NCBI GenBank assembly: GCA_963795085.1 | Contig: CAWCFX010000006.1 | Location: forward strand, 768,001-832,000 | Length of the DNA stretch: 64,000 nt | Reading direction: 5' to 3' | Source of the DNA: an uncultured Gemmatimonadales bacterium | GTDB lineage: Bacteria > Gemmatimonadota > Gemmatimonadetes > Gemmatimonadales > GWC2-71-9 | Translations under genes and position numbers: made by a program | In this document: piece after piece, positions 38,414 to 48,078 of the stretch | Numbering within the stretch: position 1 is the first letter of the stretch | Layout: the number at the start of each line of letters is the position of its first letter | Notes under the pieces: model-generated | What the model was told of the DNA's origin: nothing | The model's database searches: none | What the model saw: only the letters and a program-made list of their open reading frames with translations

Positions 38414-38551
38414 TCACCACGGAGCCACGAAGCACACGGAGGTAGCACGGAGCACCCACCGTAGCGGGCTCAAGAGCCGCAATCTCGATACCTTGGTGCC
38501 AGCATGAGGTTTCTTCGTGCTGCCTTCGTGAACCTCGTGACTCCGTGGTGA
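38414..38551. repeat. Imperfect 39-bp inverted repeat built of CACGGAG/CACGAAG units, between convergent genes
   Basis: Arms at 38414-38452 and 38513-38551. Confidence 0.85.
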
Positions 38552-38593
38552 ATCAGTTCTTGCCCACCTGATCGGAACTTTTGATACAGTCCA

Positions 38594-40684
38594 CTAGTTC
38601 CCCCTCCCGCTCACCCGGTCCCACAACCCCCGGAGTTGATCGCGCACGGTCGAAAAGGCCTCCTGCAGCCAGCCGTGGTCGTGCGCTTCGCAGTACTCGG
38701 TGGGCTGGGTGCCGGCCCGGAAATACTCCCAGCGGGTCGTGGGGCAATAGTCCCCGGCCAGGAGCCCGGTCTCCGGGTCGATTTCCGCCATCACGATTCC
38801 ATCGGGAACCTTCCACTCCCCGCCCTGTTCCTGCTTCTGCCAGGCCCGCCGGTAGAACGAGGCCCACGCCGGTGCGGCAAGCCGGGACCCGGAGGCACCC
38901 CGCCCCAGGGAACTGGGCGTATCGCTCCCGAACCAGAATCCGGCCAGGATCGTCGGAGAATACCCCACGAACCAGACATCGGCGCCGTTGTTGGTGGTTC
39001 CCGTCTTGCCCGCCACCGGTCCGACGACGCCAAGGTTCCTGAGGGAGTAGCCGGTCCCTTCATCGACCACCGAGCGCAGCATGCTGGTGACCAGGAACGC
39101 GGTGATCGAGTCCAATACCTGGGTGCGGGCCGGAGACGCTCCCTGTCCTTCCAGCGCCTGGATCGCCTGTTTGCCGCGGTAGGCAGTCGTCTCGCCGACG
39201 ACGATGCTGTCCACCAGCCAGGGCTCCACCTTCCAGCCGCCGTTGGCGAACGGGGCGTAGGCGGTCACCAGTTCCACCGGGGTGACTTCCATCGAGCCCA
39301 GCGCCAGGGAAGGCACCGAACTGAGCGGGCTGGTGATTCCCATTTTCCGGGCCAGCGCCACCACCTGCGGCACGCCGACATCCTGGCTCACTCGCACGGT
39401 GGCCGCGTTGGCGGACCGCGCCAGCGCCGCGCGCAGGGTGATGCTTCCCGCATATCCGTTGGAATTGCCCGGCGCCCAGGTGCCGCCGGCATCGGCCAGC
39501 TGGATCGGCTCGTCTTCCACCATGGTGGCGGGCGAGTATCCGGCCTGGATCGCCGCGGCGTACACGAACGGCTTGAATGCCGAGCCGGGCTGCCGCCGGG
39601 CCAGGGTCGCGCGGTCGAAACCGGCCCGCGCGGGCCCGGTGCCGCCCACCATGGCCAGCACCGCGCCGGTCTGGGGGTCCAGGGCCACCATCGCACCCTG
39701 GACATCCCGTCCGATGGCCCTGGCACGGTCCCGCACCGCGAGTTCCGCGGCCAGCTGCGCACCGCGGTCGAACGTGGTGAACACCGTGATTTCTCCGCGC
39801 CGGCTGCGCTTGCCGACGGTGGACTCCACCAGGCCGCGCACCGCCTCAATCGCGTAGGAGTTCTCGTCCGCCGGCCGCCAGCCGTTGCGGGCCACGCGCA
39901 GTTTCTGGCCCGCGGCCTCGCTCGCGTCGTCGGCGGTGATGAACCCCTCGCGCGCCATCAGCGCGAGGACCAGGTTCCGCCGGGTGGTCGCCCGCTCGGG
40001 ATGATCGCGGGGATCGTAGGCCGAAGGAGCCCGCGGCAGGCCGGCCAGCATGGCGGCTTCCGCCAGGGTGAGCCGCTGGACACTCTTGCCGAAGAAGTGC
40101 CGGCTGGCCGCTTCCACCCCGTACGTGGCGTCGCCCAGGTAGATGAGGTTGAGGTACAGTTCGAGGATCTGGTCCTTGGTCAGCGCCTTCTCGATACGGG
40201 GCGCCAGGCGCAGTTCGATCAGCTTGCGGCCGATGGAGCGATCATTCCGCTCGTCCCCGATGAACCCGCTTCGGGCGACCTGCATGGTCAGGGTCGAGGC
40301 GCCCTCGCGGACCTCCAGCGACGTCATGTTCTTCCAGAAGGCCCGGGCTACCCCGCGCCAATCCAGCCCCTCGTGTTCGGCAAAGCGGCGGTCCTCAACC
40401 GCGATGAACGCGTTGCGGATGTTTTCGGGAAAGCGCTCCAACGGCAGGGTGATCCGCCGGACCGGATCCAGGTGACCCAGCTGGTTCCCCTCCCGGTCCA
40501 GCACCCGGCCCCCCTCACTGGGGACGAAGGCCTGGATTTCCGCGATGCTGGGGCATCCGGCAAAGCCGCAGGTCCAGCTGTAAAGGAAAGTCGTTACGAG
40601 GGTCAGGCCGAGAGCCGCGGCAGTGCCGACCAGGATGCGGCGGCGATATGTCAAAAGAAGTGAGACCCAGCGGTTCGGATACAT
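38594..40684 (-). CDS. Class A penicillin-binding protein (PBP1A family)
   Basis: EDRRF, GASTLTMQ, RKLIE, SAFK, SAN, KTG. Confidence 0.95.
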   Translation of the reverse strand: MYPNRWVSLLLTYRRRILVGTAAALGLTLVTTFLYSWTCGFAGCPSIAEIQAFVPSEGGRVLDREGNQLGHLDPVRRITLPLERFPENIRNAFIAVEDRRFAEHEGLDWRGVARAFWKNMTSLEVREGASTLTMQVARSGFIGDERNDRSIGRKLIELRLAPRIEKALTKDQILELYLNLIYLGDATYGVEAASRHFFGKSVQRLTLAEAAMLAGLPRAPSAYDPRDHPERATTRRNLVLALMAREGFITADDASEAAGQKLRVARNGWRPADENSYAIEAVRGLVESTVGKRSRRGEITVFTTFDRGAQLAAELAVRDRARAIGRDVQGAMVALDPQTGAVLAMVGGTGPARAGFDRATLARRQPGSAFKPFVYAAAIQAGYSPATMVEDEPIQLADAGGTWAPGNSNGYAGSITLRAALARSANAATVRVSQDVGVPQVVALARKMGITSPLSSVPSLALGSMEVTPVELVTAYAPFANGGWKVEPWLVDSIVVGETTAYRGKQAIQALEGQGASPARTQVLDSITAFLVTSMLRSVVDEGTGYSLRNLGVVGPVAGKTGTTNNGADVWFVGYSPTILAGFWFGSDTPSSLGRGASGSRLAAPAWASFYRRAWQKQEQGGEWKVPDGIVMAEIDPETGLLAGDYCPTTRWEYFRAGTQPTEYCEAHDHGWLQEAFSTVRDQLRGLWDRVSGRGN

Positions 40685-40843
40685 CGGCGGCCTTCCGGGT
40701 AACGTCTGTGGAGCTAATACGCCGGCCGGCCTGAGCATGTTTCAGGTTGGGACAAACATGGGGTCGGGCCAGGTCCAGGCCCACTATAGACTCGCGACGC
40801 CCGGAAAACGTTGTCATTGGTCACAGGTTCCCGGCTCTCCCGG

Positions 40844-41596
40844 TCAGCTCACGTCCGGCTCCCGGGCCGACCCGGCGCCCGACTGAAGAATCCGGCCCAG
40901 CTCGGCTTCGTCGGTCAGGTCGAGCCGGAGGGGGGTTACGGACGTGAGGTTGTTCTGCATGGCCCAGCGGTCGGTGCCCGCTTCGGTTTCTTCGATGGCG
41001 CGGACGGTGAACCAGAAGTGCTTGCGGCCCACGGGGTCCTCGCCCGGGATCACCAATCCATCGTAGTGCCGGACCGATTGCCGGGTCCAGATGATGCCCT
41101 CCGGCTCCCGCGGAATGTTTACGTTGAGGAGCACCGGCATCCCCGGCTGCAGGAGCAGGTCCAGCGCCGCCTTGATGTGGGGCCGGAGTTTCTTGAAATC
41201 GGCTCCTTTCCCGCCGGCCGGCGTGCTGAACGCGATCCCCCGGGTACCCAGGAGCACCGCCTGCTTGGCGGCGGCGAGGGTCCCGGAGTGCCAGGTCGCG
41301 TTCCCGATGTTGGGTCCCAGGTTGATCCCCGAGAGGACCACGTCCACCTTCTCCCAGTTATGGGTTCCCAGGGCCACGCAGTCGGCCGGGGTGCCGTTAA
41401 CGCGGAATCCTTCCATGTCCTCCACGACGATCGGCCGGTACCAGAGCGGCCGCGTTGACGTGATGCTGTGGCTCGACGAAGATTGTTCGACGTCCGGCGC
41501 GACCACCCGGACTTCGCCGAACTCCGCCGCCGCCTGGGCGAGGGCCCGGAGCCCCGGACTGTAGATGCCGTCGTCGTTGGTTACCAGTATGCGCAT
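40844..41596 (-). CDS. surE: 5'/3'-nucleotidase SurE
   Basis: ILVTNDDG, GTPADCV, SGINLG, SGT. Confidence 0.96.
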   Translation of the reverse strand: MRILVTNDDGIYSPGLRALAQAAAEFGEVRVVAPDVEQSSSSHSITSTRPLWYRPIVVEDMEGFRVNGTPADCVALGTHNWEKVDVVLSGINLGPNIGNATWHSGTLAAAKQAVLLGTRGIAFSTPAGGKGADFKKLRPHIKAALDLLLQPGMPVLLNVNIPREPEGIIWTRQSVRHYDGLVIPGEDPVGRKHFWFTVRAIEETEAGTDRWAMQNNLTSVTPLRLDLTDEAELGRILQSGAGSAREPDVS

Positions 41597-41622
41597 ATCT
41601 CTCTCACGATTGCTGTCACTGC

Positions 41623-42513
41623 ATGCGAGTCATCCTGATCTATAATAGCAAGGCCGGCGATGACAACCGGGGCGCGGAAATGCTGGCGCTGGTCCAGGCG
41701 GCAGGGCACCAGGTCCGGGCCATCGATAAAAAGGCCGATTTCAGCGAGTCGCTCCGCGGCCCCGCCGACCTGGTGGTCGCGGCGGGCGGAGACGGCACGG
41801 TCGCCAAGGTAGCCCGCCACATGGTGGGATCGGACATTCCCTTCACCCTGCTCCCCATCGGCACCGCCAATAATCTCGCCTTCTCGCTGGGACTGGACGG
41901 CGACCCCGAATTGCTGATCGCCGGGTGGAACCATGCCGTCGTCCGGCCCATGGACGCGGTGATCACCGAACACCCGGAAGGCAAGACCGTGTTGTTCGAG
42001 AGCGCCGGGGTGGGCCTCTTCACGGAGGCCATGTGCCACGCGACCAGCCGGGAGCACGGGGAGGAAACCCGGTCCGCGGAGGAGCGTTTCGCGCGCGACT
42101 TTCGATTCCTCCGCCGGCTGGCCGGCACCCTGGAACCGGTGCCCTGCACCGTCACGGTGGACGGCGAGACCACCCGGGAACCGGTGCTGCTCCTCGAGAT
42201 CATGAACTCCCGACAGATCGGCTCCCGCGTTCTCTTCGCGCCCCGGGCGGACATGGCGGACGGCGAGCTCGACCTGGTGCTCGTCACCGAGCGGGACCGC
42301 GCGCTGCTCCAGACTTTCCTGGACCGGGGGCCCCTTGATGACTACCCGCCACACCTGCCGGTCCGCCGTGGCACTCACGTCCGGGTATCCGGAACTGGCG
42401 GCAGGATTCACCTCGGCGACGACATCGTCCGGATAGCAGGAAGCGATGAACCGTGGACGCTGGACGCGCGCATCCACCCCGGCGCGGTCCGGCTCCTCGT
42501 TCCGGCAACCTGA
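41623..42513 (+). CDS. Diacylglycerol/lipid kinase family protein
   Basis: NSKAG, GGDGT, PIGTANN, DGELD. Confidence 0.88.
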   Translation: MRVILIYNSKAGDDNRGAEMLALVQAAGHQVRAIDKKADFSESLRGPADLVVAAGGDGTVAKVARHMVGSDIPFTLLPIGTANNLAFSLGLDGDPELLIAGWNHAVVRPMDAVITEHPEGKTVLFESAGVGLFTEAMCHATSREHGEETRSAEERFARDFRFLRRLAGTLEPVPCTVTVDGETTREPVLLLEIMNSRQIGSRVLFAPRADMADGELDLVLVTERDRALLQTFLDRGPLDDYPPHLPVRRGTHVRVSGTGGRIHLGDDIVRIAGSDEPWTLDARIHPGAVRLLVPAT

Positions 42514-42644
42514 TATTGTCCGGCCGCACCGGCGGCGGAGAGCCGTAAAGACGGTCACGATCGGTGGGAAGTGCGAAGTGAGTGACCGTGGCGGCCGACC
42601 GGGGAAGTCACCCGTTACCTGTCACGGGGTCGGGGCACCGATCT

Positions 42645-43550
42645 TCAGGCCAGGTGGCTCCTGAGCAGCTCCCGGAACGAGTCGGGCCCGATCACCTGGG
42701 CCTCGGCGCCATACTGCAGGACGTGGCGTACCAGCCACTCCGGGCTGGCTACCTGGTAGGTCACCACCACACCGCCATCAGCCGCCACCACCGCATCGGG
42801 ATGGCGCTCCCGAATCCACCGGGCAATCGCCGGTGAGAACCGGACCTGGACGGGGGTCGTGCCGTCCGCCGGCGGATGAAACGAGCCGGACGGCGGCGTG
42901 AAGTCGGGGCGCGGCGTATAATAGCCTTCCATGACCAGGGCATCGAGCACCCGGTCGGCCCGAAAATGGCGCCAGCCGTTCGCCAGTTCGCACCATGCCA
43001 CGATGTAGGTGTGTCCGCCGTCTTCCAGCACCTGGTAGGGATGGATGACCCGGTTGATCCCGCCAATGCTGCGCTCGCCGGTGTAGCGGATCTCGACCTT
43101 GCGGCGGTCGGTGATCGCCCGGCGGACCAGGGTGCTGACCGGCGGGATGACCCGGCCTCCGCCTTGAAGGGCCTGGGGTGGCCGCTCCGACGTGAGCAGG
43201 AGACTGGCCAGGGCGCTGCTCAGCGCCGGCGCCCCTTCTTCCGCCAGCAACCCCATCTGGACCGCGACCAGCTCATCCCGGGTGAACCGGATCGGCCGGC
43301 GAAAGGGGCCGCCACTCCGAAGCGAAATCCGGTCGCCCTCCTGGAAGGCGCTGAGGGAGAGGAGCCAGTCGGCGTCGGAGTCGTCGCCCAGCCTGGTCAT
43401 GGCCCGGACGTCCGCCTCGATCTGCCGGCGGGTGGTGCCGAAGCGCTCGGCCAGTTCGGCAATCGGGGTATCCTCCTCGCCGCGCTGACTCCGCCGGGTC
43501 AGCTCCGCGACCAGGCTGACGATCCGGTTGACCTGCTCCGCCGAGCTCAC
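42645..43550 (-). CDS. PafC-like HTH-WYL-WCX transcriptional regulator
   Basis: IAELAERFGTTRRQIEADV, IHPY, YIVAWC, RHFRADRV, LQYG. Confidence 0.88.
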   Translation of the reverse strand: MSSAEQVNRIVSLVAELTRRSQRGEEDTPIAELAERFGTTRRQIEADVRAMTRLGDDSDADWLLSLSAFQEGDRISLRSGGPFRRPIRFTRDELVAVQMGLLAEEGAPALSSALASLLLTSERPPQALQGGGRVIPPVSTLVRRAITDRRKVEIRYTGERSIGGINRVIHPYQVLEDGGHTYIVAWCELANGWRHFRADRVLDALVMEGYYTPRPDFTPPSGSFHPPADGTTPVQVRFSPAIARWIRERHPDAVVAADGGVVVTYQVASPEWLVRHVLQYGAEAQVIGPDSFRELLRSHLA

Positions 43551-43559
43551 CGGTGTGCC

Positions 43560-44636
43560 TCAGGCATAGAGCTGAGCGACCTGGCCACGCAATGCTTCCA
43601 GTTCAACGCGGGTCTCCTGGGGTGAAAGGACGTCGGCCTGCCGGCGGAAGGTGAGCAGCCACCGGAGAAAGGGATGCAGGTCCTGCACGCTGAAATCGAT
43701 GATCGCGCCGCCGTCGTCCAGCATCGGCTCGACCGGTTCTCCCAGGTCCTGGGCCATGACCCAGCGAGACTCGGGGAAGGCGAAGCGCACCCGGACCCGG
43801 GTGGGCTGCCCGCCGGAGAGCTGCCAGGGCGCCCGCCCCAGGTAGGCCCGGATCGAGAAGTCGGCGGGGACGGTAAAGCGGGCCTGCTTGCCTTTTTGCA
43901 GGGCGGTCTGGCGCATGCGGTCCACCCGGAACACCCGGAGTGCGTCGCGGTCCCGGGCGCGGCCCACGCAATACCAGCGGCCCCAATTGAAAAAGAGCCC
44001 GAAGGGTTCGATATCCCGCGGTTCCTCCCGGTTGCGCCCGATCGAGTGGTAACTGCAGGTCACCGCGTTCCGCTCAGCCACCGCCTGCTGCAGCACCTCG
44101 AGGGAGCGGGTGGTTTCCCCGCCGGTCGCCGCGGCCAGTACCCGCTCCACCGCGGCCTGGGGCAGCGGCAGGTCGAACTCCAGTTTGCGCCGGGCCGATG
44201 CGGCCGCGGATCCAATCGGCGATTCAGCCCGCTGCGCCACCAGCTGGGTGGCCCGGTCCAGCACTTCGAGATCCCCGGGCGACACCGGTACCCGGGCCAG
44301 GCCCTGGTAAAGCTGTTCCGGTATCCCCGACTGGTGAAGCTCGAGATACGGGAGGTAGAACGAACCGGGCGAGAGACGGTACCCGGTGGCCGGCTCATCC
44401 CCCTGGGCATCGGGGATCGGCACGGTTTCGATGCTGATGCCCAGTCCGCGGAGCTCGTCCTTGTCGCGCTCGAACATTCGGCGGGTGATCTCTCCTCCCT
44501 TTCCCCCCGGCACGTCCTCCTCGTCCTCCTCGTACCCATGCACGCTCCGGTAGATGTCGGCCCGGCTCACCGGGAACCGGTGTTGCAGCAGGTAGGCAAT
44601 GAGATCGAGCCAGCGGGCGGTCTTGGCAGCGCTCAT
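43560..44636 (-). CDS. PafB-like HTH-WYL-WCX transcriptional regulator
   Basis: RRMFERDKDELRGLGI (PafB hallmark), IEPFGL, WYCVG, RVFRVDRM. Confidence 0.9.
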   Translation of the reverse strand: MSAAKTARWLDLIAYLLQHRFPVSRADIYRSVHGYEEDEEDVPGGKGGEITRRMFERDKDELRGLGISIETVPIPDAQGDEPATGYRLSPGSFYLPYLELHQSGIPEQLYQGLARVPVSPGDLEVLDRATQLVAQRAESPIGSAAASARRKLEFDLPLPQAAVERVLAAATGGETTRSLEVLQQAVAERNAVTCSYHSIGRNREEPRDIEPFGLFFNWGRWYCVGRARDRDALRVFRVDRMRQTALQKGKQARFTVPADFSIRAYLGRAPWQLSGGQPTRVRVRFAFPESRWVMAQDLGEPVEPMLDDGGAIIDFSVQDLHPFLRWLLTFRRQADVLSPQETRVELEALRGQVAQLYA

Positions 44637-44803
44637 GGAAAAGTCCTCGCGGGCCTGGGAGGTCGCGACGTTAGATCCGCAAAAACCCGAGATCGCGGCC
44701 CGCCCAGCACCGACCGGCGGGCAAGCCGGCTCAGGTGCGGACAGGCGAGAACGTTGCTCAGGTCGGTCGCCGAATTGACCAGGACGCCATCACGTGGATG
44801 CAT
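44633..44803 (-). pseudogene. 56-aa remnant resembling the N-terminus of TM0106-family RecB-like nucleases
   Basis: Manual translation MHPRDGVLVNSATDLSNVLACPHLSRL...; the stop overlaps the PafB-like ATG (ATGA). Confidence 0.5.
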
Positions 44804-44845
44804 GCGATTCCAGTATGGCGCGGGAATGCCCGGCGCGGGAGGGGG

Positions 44846-46114
44846 TCAATCGCTCCGCCGCTTCCGGCGGATCACCTTCCCGTACTGCTGCTTTGATTCC
44901 AGCGCCGCCAGGGATTGGGCCCAGAAGTATTTCCGGTCACTCGGGCCGAAGCGCCCCGCTTCGAGGTCGGCAGCTTCGGCCTCGAGGTCGCGCTGCGTCT
45001 CCCGGAGATCGTCATCGAGCTGGATCTGGCAGAACCTCTCCACCACCGAGCGAAGGGTCCGGGCCGCGTCGGCATGGTCGCCATGATCGGCCTGCTTGAG
45101 CGCCGCCTCCCGGGCCCGGGCGACCTCGAACCGAAGGAAACTGCTCTCGACCACGGGGTCGAGGTGGCTGGCGCCGTCCAGCAGGGCCTGGATCGGCATG
45201 GTGATCGTCCGGTGCTCGATGCCGTCGGGTTCGATGACCTGGGCTTCCACCCGTACCTGGGCCACCTGCACGGGGCCCAGGTCGGTCACGTTCTCCGCAT
45301 GCACGACGATCCCCAGTGACTGGGGAGACGACCCGTAGAGGTCGCCCAGCGGGGCCCGCCAGGCGCCTTCCGCTGTCCGGGTCACCGGCAGCGGCTGCAG
45401 GAAGGAGACGCCGGCCACCGAGGGATGGGTCGCCGTGACTTCGACGCTCACGTTCTGGGCGGCCAGCGACACCAGGCCTTCGATTTCCTGGCCGAAGATG
45501 GCGCTCATCTGGCCAGTTTCCTCGACATACCAGAAGTTACCCCGGCCGGCGCGGGCCATGGCCATCAGCAGGTCTTCGTTGAAGCCTGGACCAAACCCGA
45601 TGCAGGTGGTGCTGATCCGCTGGTCCGCCAGGTTCCCTGCCAGTCCGGCCAACTGCGCCGGGTCGGCGACTCCCGCGTTGGCCTGGCCATCGGTCAGCAG
45701 GACTACCCGGTTGGTGCCCTCCACCAGCCCGCTCCGGACCAGCGACGTGCCCTCGAGCCAGCCCCCGGACAGGTTGGTGGTGCCCCCGGAAGTGACATGC
45801 CGGAGGGCCTGGATGGCGGCCTCCCTGCCGTCGGCGCCCAGGGTGCGGGCGGCAAAGAGCCGATTGACCTCGCCGTCAAATGTGACGATGGCCAGCCGGT
45901 CTCCCGGCAGCAGAAACCGGATGAACCACTCGGCGGCCTCCTTTGCGGCGGCCAGCGGCTCCCCACTCATGGAGCCCGACCGGTCCAGCACCAGCGCCAC
46001 ATTGATCGGGGGCCGGACCACCCGCGGTTCGGCGCTCAGGGTCACCAGGACTCCGACCTGGTGGGCGTTGGACATGGTCACGAACTGGGTGCTGACCTGG
46101 TGGGATACGTTCAC
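44846..46114 (-). CDS. VWA (MIDAS) domain protein
   Basis: LVLDRSGSM, GGTTNL, LLTDG, IGFG..FNE.LL. Confidence 0.92.
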   Translation of the reverse strand: MNVSHQVSTQFVTMSNAHQVGVLVTLSAEPRVVRPPINVALVLDRSGSMSGEPLAAAKEAAEWFIRFLLPGDRLAIVTFDGEVNRLFAARTLGADGREAAIQALRHVTSGGTTNLSGGWLEGTSLVRSGLVEGTNRVVLLTDGQANAGVADPAQLAGLAGNLADQRISTTCIGFGPGFNEDLLMAMARAGRGNFWYVEETGQMSAIFGQEIEGLVSLAAQNVSVEVTATHPSVAGVSFLQPLPVTRTAEGAWRAPLGDLYGSSPQSLGIVVHAENVTDLGPVQVAQVRVEAQVIEPDGIEHRTITMPIQALLDGASHLDPVVESSFLRFEVARAREAALKQADHGDHADAARTLRSVVERFCQIQLDDDLRETQRDLEAEAADLEAGRFGPSDRKYFWAQSLAALESKQQYGKVIRRKRRSD

Positions 46115-46141
46115 GGCACGGCTCCGGTAATGGGTGAGGAC

Positions 46142-46163
46142 AGGCTACCGGAGGGGTGTGACA
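46142..46163 (-). promoter_or_regulatory. PafBC/RecA-NDp-like promoter
   Basis: Minus strand TGTCAC-ACCCCTCCGG-TAGCCT = TGTC-N12-TAnnnT; GGAG RBS and VWA start follow. Confidence 0.6.
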
Positions 46164-46199
46164 TTTGAGTGAGTACGGGGGTAGGTGCAGGCTCAAGGA

Positions 46200-46880
46200 T
46201 TCCAGGACAGGTTCGATCGCAGGCCAGCTCCCCATGCGGCCTCGGTCCGGTGGATCCACCATTGTTCGAGGACGCGGGGAGTACGGAATTCGGCTGGTCA
46301 TGGGGAACGAGCAGAAACGCTCCAGCAGGACGACGCGCAACCCGGCCTTGGCGGCGAGCGATTGTATCTGGCCCGAGGCATTGGCCCGGGAGTAGGTTCG
46401 GAAGACGTGCCCATGGGCCCGCCCCTCCGCTGCATGGGCGACCCAGGAGCGCCAGGACGGGTGAAGCAGGATGGACATGGCAGGACCACCGGGTGGCCTC
46501 GGTGGGCGTGCCGAAAGACGAACTTCCGCCCGGGGCGCCAGTACTCGAGCTACCTCGCCGAGAACCAGAGCCGGATCCCGAAGGTGCTCGAGGACCATGT
46601 TGGCGGTCACCACGTCAAAGGATCCGTCGGGGAAGGGGAGGCTATCGCCGGTGCCCCCACCCGGTGTGTGAGATTCGGAGTCGCCGAAGGTGATGAACCA
46701 CCATGTCGCAGCCAACCAGATAGCGCGCCGATCACTGGGTTAGCCCTTCGGGCGAAGGACCGGCCAGCCCCCATGCAGCCTGGCGCCGGCGCCCAGGTCG
46801 AGCCAGCGGCAGCCTGAAACCACGGTGCCGCCCAACGCACGGGCGGTACCGATTCTGGTATATTCCCTGGTTTCTCCCGG
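46200..46880 (-). pseudogene. Frameshifted class I SAM-dependent methyltransferase (type 11); boundaries approximate
   Basis: RWLDLGAG in one frame; LPFPDGSFDVVTANMVLEHL..EVARVLAP and F.TY.RAN in another. Confidence 0.75.
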
Positions 46881-47032
46881 TGGTCTGGAGAGAATAATCG
46901 AGGCTCTGGGGTGTGACAGTAGGCGGGAGCCCGCAATCCAGGAGGCGATTTGAGGGGAGCCGACCCCCGAAACGCCCCACATGCGATTAAGTTGCTTCTA
47001 TTCACCCACTTCCCTTCCCCCTGGCAGGCCCA

Positions 47033-47431
47033 ATGGCGAAGAAATCCAGCGCGGCGCGCAAGCTCTCCGGCAGCTCCGAACGGTCGCTTACCGACCGGGT
47101 CCAGGAGCGCCTGGCCGAAGCGGGCGAGGCCATCGACCGGACCCGTAGCAAGTCCGCCCGAGGGCGCAAGACGAGCAAACTGGGCCATACCAGGCTGGGG
47201 ATGAGCACGGGCGGGCCCAAGGAGAATGCGGACGCGTTGCGGGAGACCCGGTCACTGCACCGGGTTTACCGGGAGCTGCGGGGGACCTACCGGAAGCACC
47301 GCCGGGACACCGGCCAGGCAGCGCTCCCCGAACTCCGGGAAGCCGTCCATGCCTACAAGAAGGGGCCGACCGTCGCCGGCCTCGTCGCGGTCGCCGCGTT
47401 TCTAGACGAGCGGGGCCTGCTGGAGTGGTGA
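47033..47431 (+). CDS. Small basic hypothetical protein
   Basis: 132-aa K/R-rich ORF ending FLDERGLLEW. Confidence 0.65.
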   Translation: MAKKSSAARKLSGSSERSLTDRVQERLAEAGEAIDRTRSKSARGRKTSKLGHTRLGMSTGGPKENADALRETRSLHRVYRELRGTYRKHRRDTGQAALPELREAVHAYKKGPTVAGLVAVAAFLDERGLLEW

Positions 47432-47435
47432 TGTA

Positions 47436-47550
47436 AATTGAGGGAATGGGGAAATTGAGGGAATGTTGGAATTGAGGGAATGGGGAAATTGAGGGAATCT
47501 CAATGCTTCTCCCGATTCCACAATTCCCTCAATTCCAACATTCCCTCAAT
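47436..47550. repeat. Inverted tandem repeat (AATTGAGGGAATG..)/(ATTCCCTCAATT) between convergent genes
   Basis: Directly visible. Confidence 0.9.
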
Positions 47551-47553
47551 CCT

Positions 47554-48012
47554 TTATCTCACCGGCGTCAGCGACGCCCGGACCAGCTTCCACTCGTTCA
47601 TTCCGCGGCGTAACACCACCACATAGCGGCTCACCATTTCACCGCCGCCGGCCGGGTGCATCTTGACCACGCCGATGTCCACGGCCGTGTTGCCGTAGAT
47701 CTGCATATCATCCGATTCGATCACCAGGTGCGGGAACTGGCTGGCGTCCCCCAGGAACGACCGGACCCCGGCCGCGCCGGAGATCATGGCTCCCATGTCC
47801 GTCACGATAACCGCATCATCCGCGTACATGGCGACGACGGCGTCGGCGTTCTTCTTGTTGTAGGAATCGGCGTACTGGGCCCGGAAGCGGGTCAGCTCCG
47901 TCATTTTGGTCTGGAGGGGAATCCGGGGTTCTTCGATCTGGGCACTGGCCAGGGAGGGCGCCAGCAGCAGCGCCAGGAGGAGCGCGGACATCCGGCGAGG
48001 GGTAACTCGCAT
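47554..48012 (-). CDS. Secreted NTF2/SnoaL-like (DUF4440) protein
   Basis: Signal peptide; YNKKNADAVVAMYADDA, YVVVLRR..WKL. Confidence 0.82.
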   Translation of the reverse strand: MRVTPRRMSALLLALLLAPSLASAQIEEPRIPLQTKMTELTRFRAQYADSYNKKNADAVVAMYADDAVIVTDMGAMISGAAGVRSFLGDASQFPHLVIESDDMQIYGNTAVDIGVVKMHPAGGGEMVSRYVVVLRRGMNEWKLVRASLTPVR

Positions 48013-48078
48013 GGGTCACCTCGGGTTGGGGATCCTTTTCTTATACTATCGGGTACCGGAACGCGCTAGGGGAGGCGC

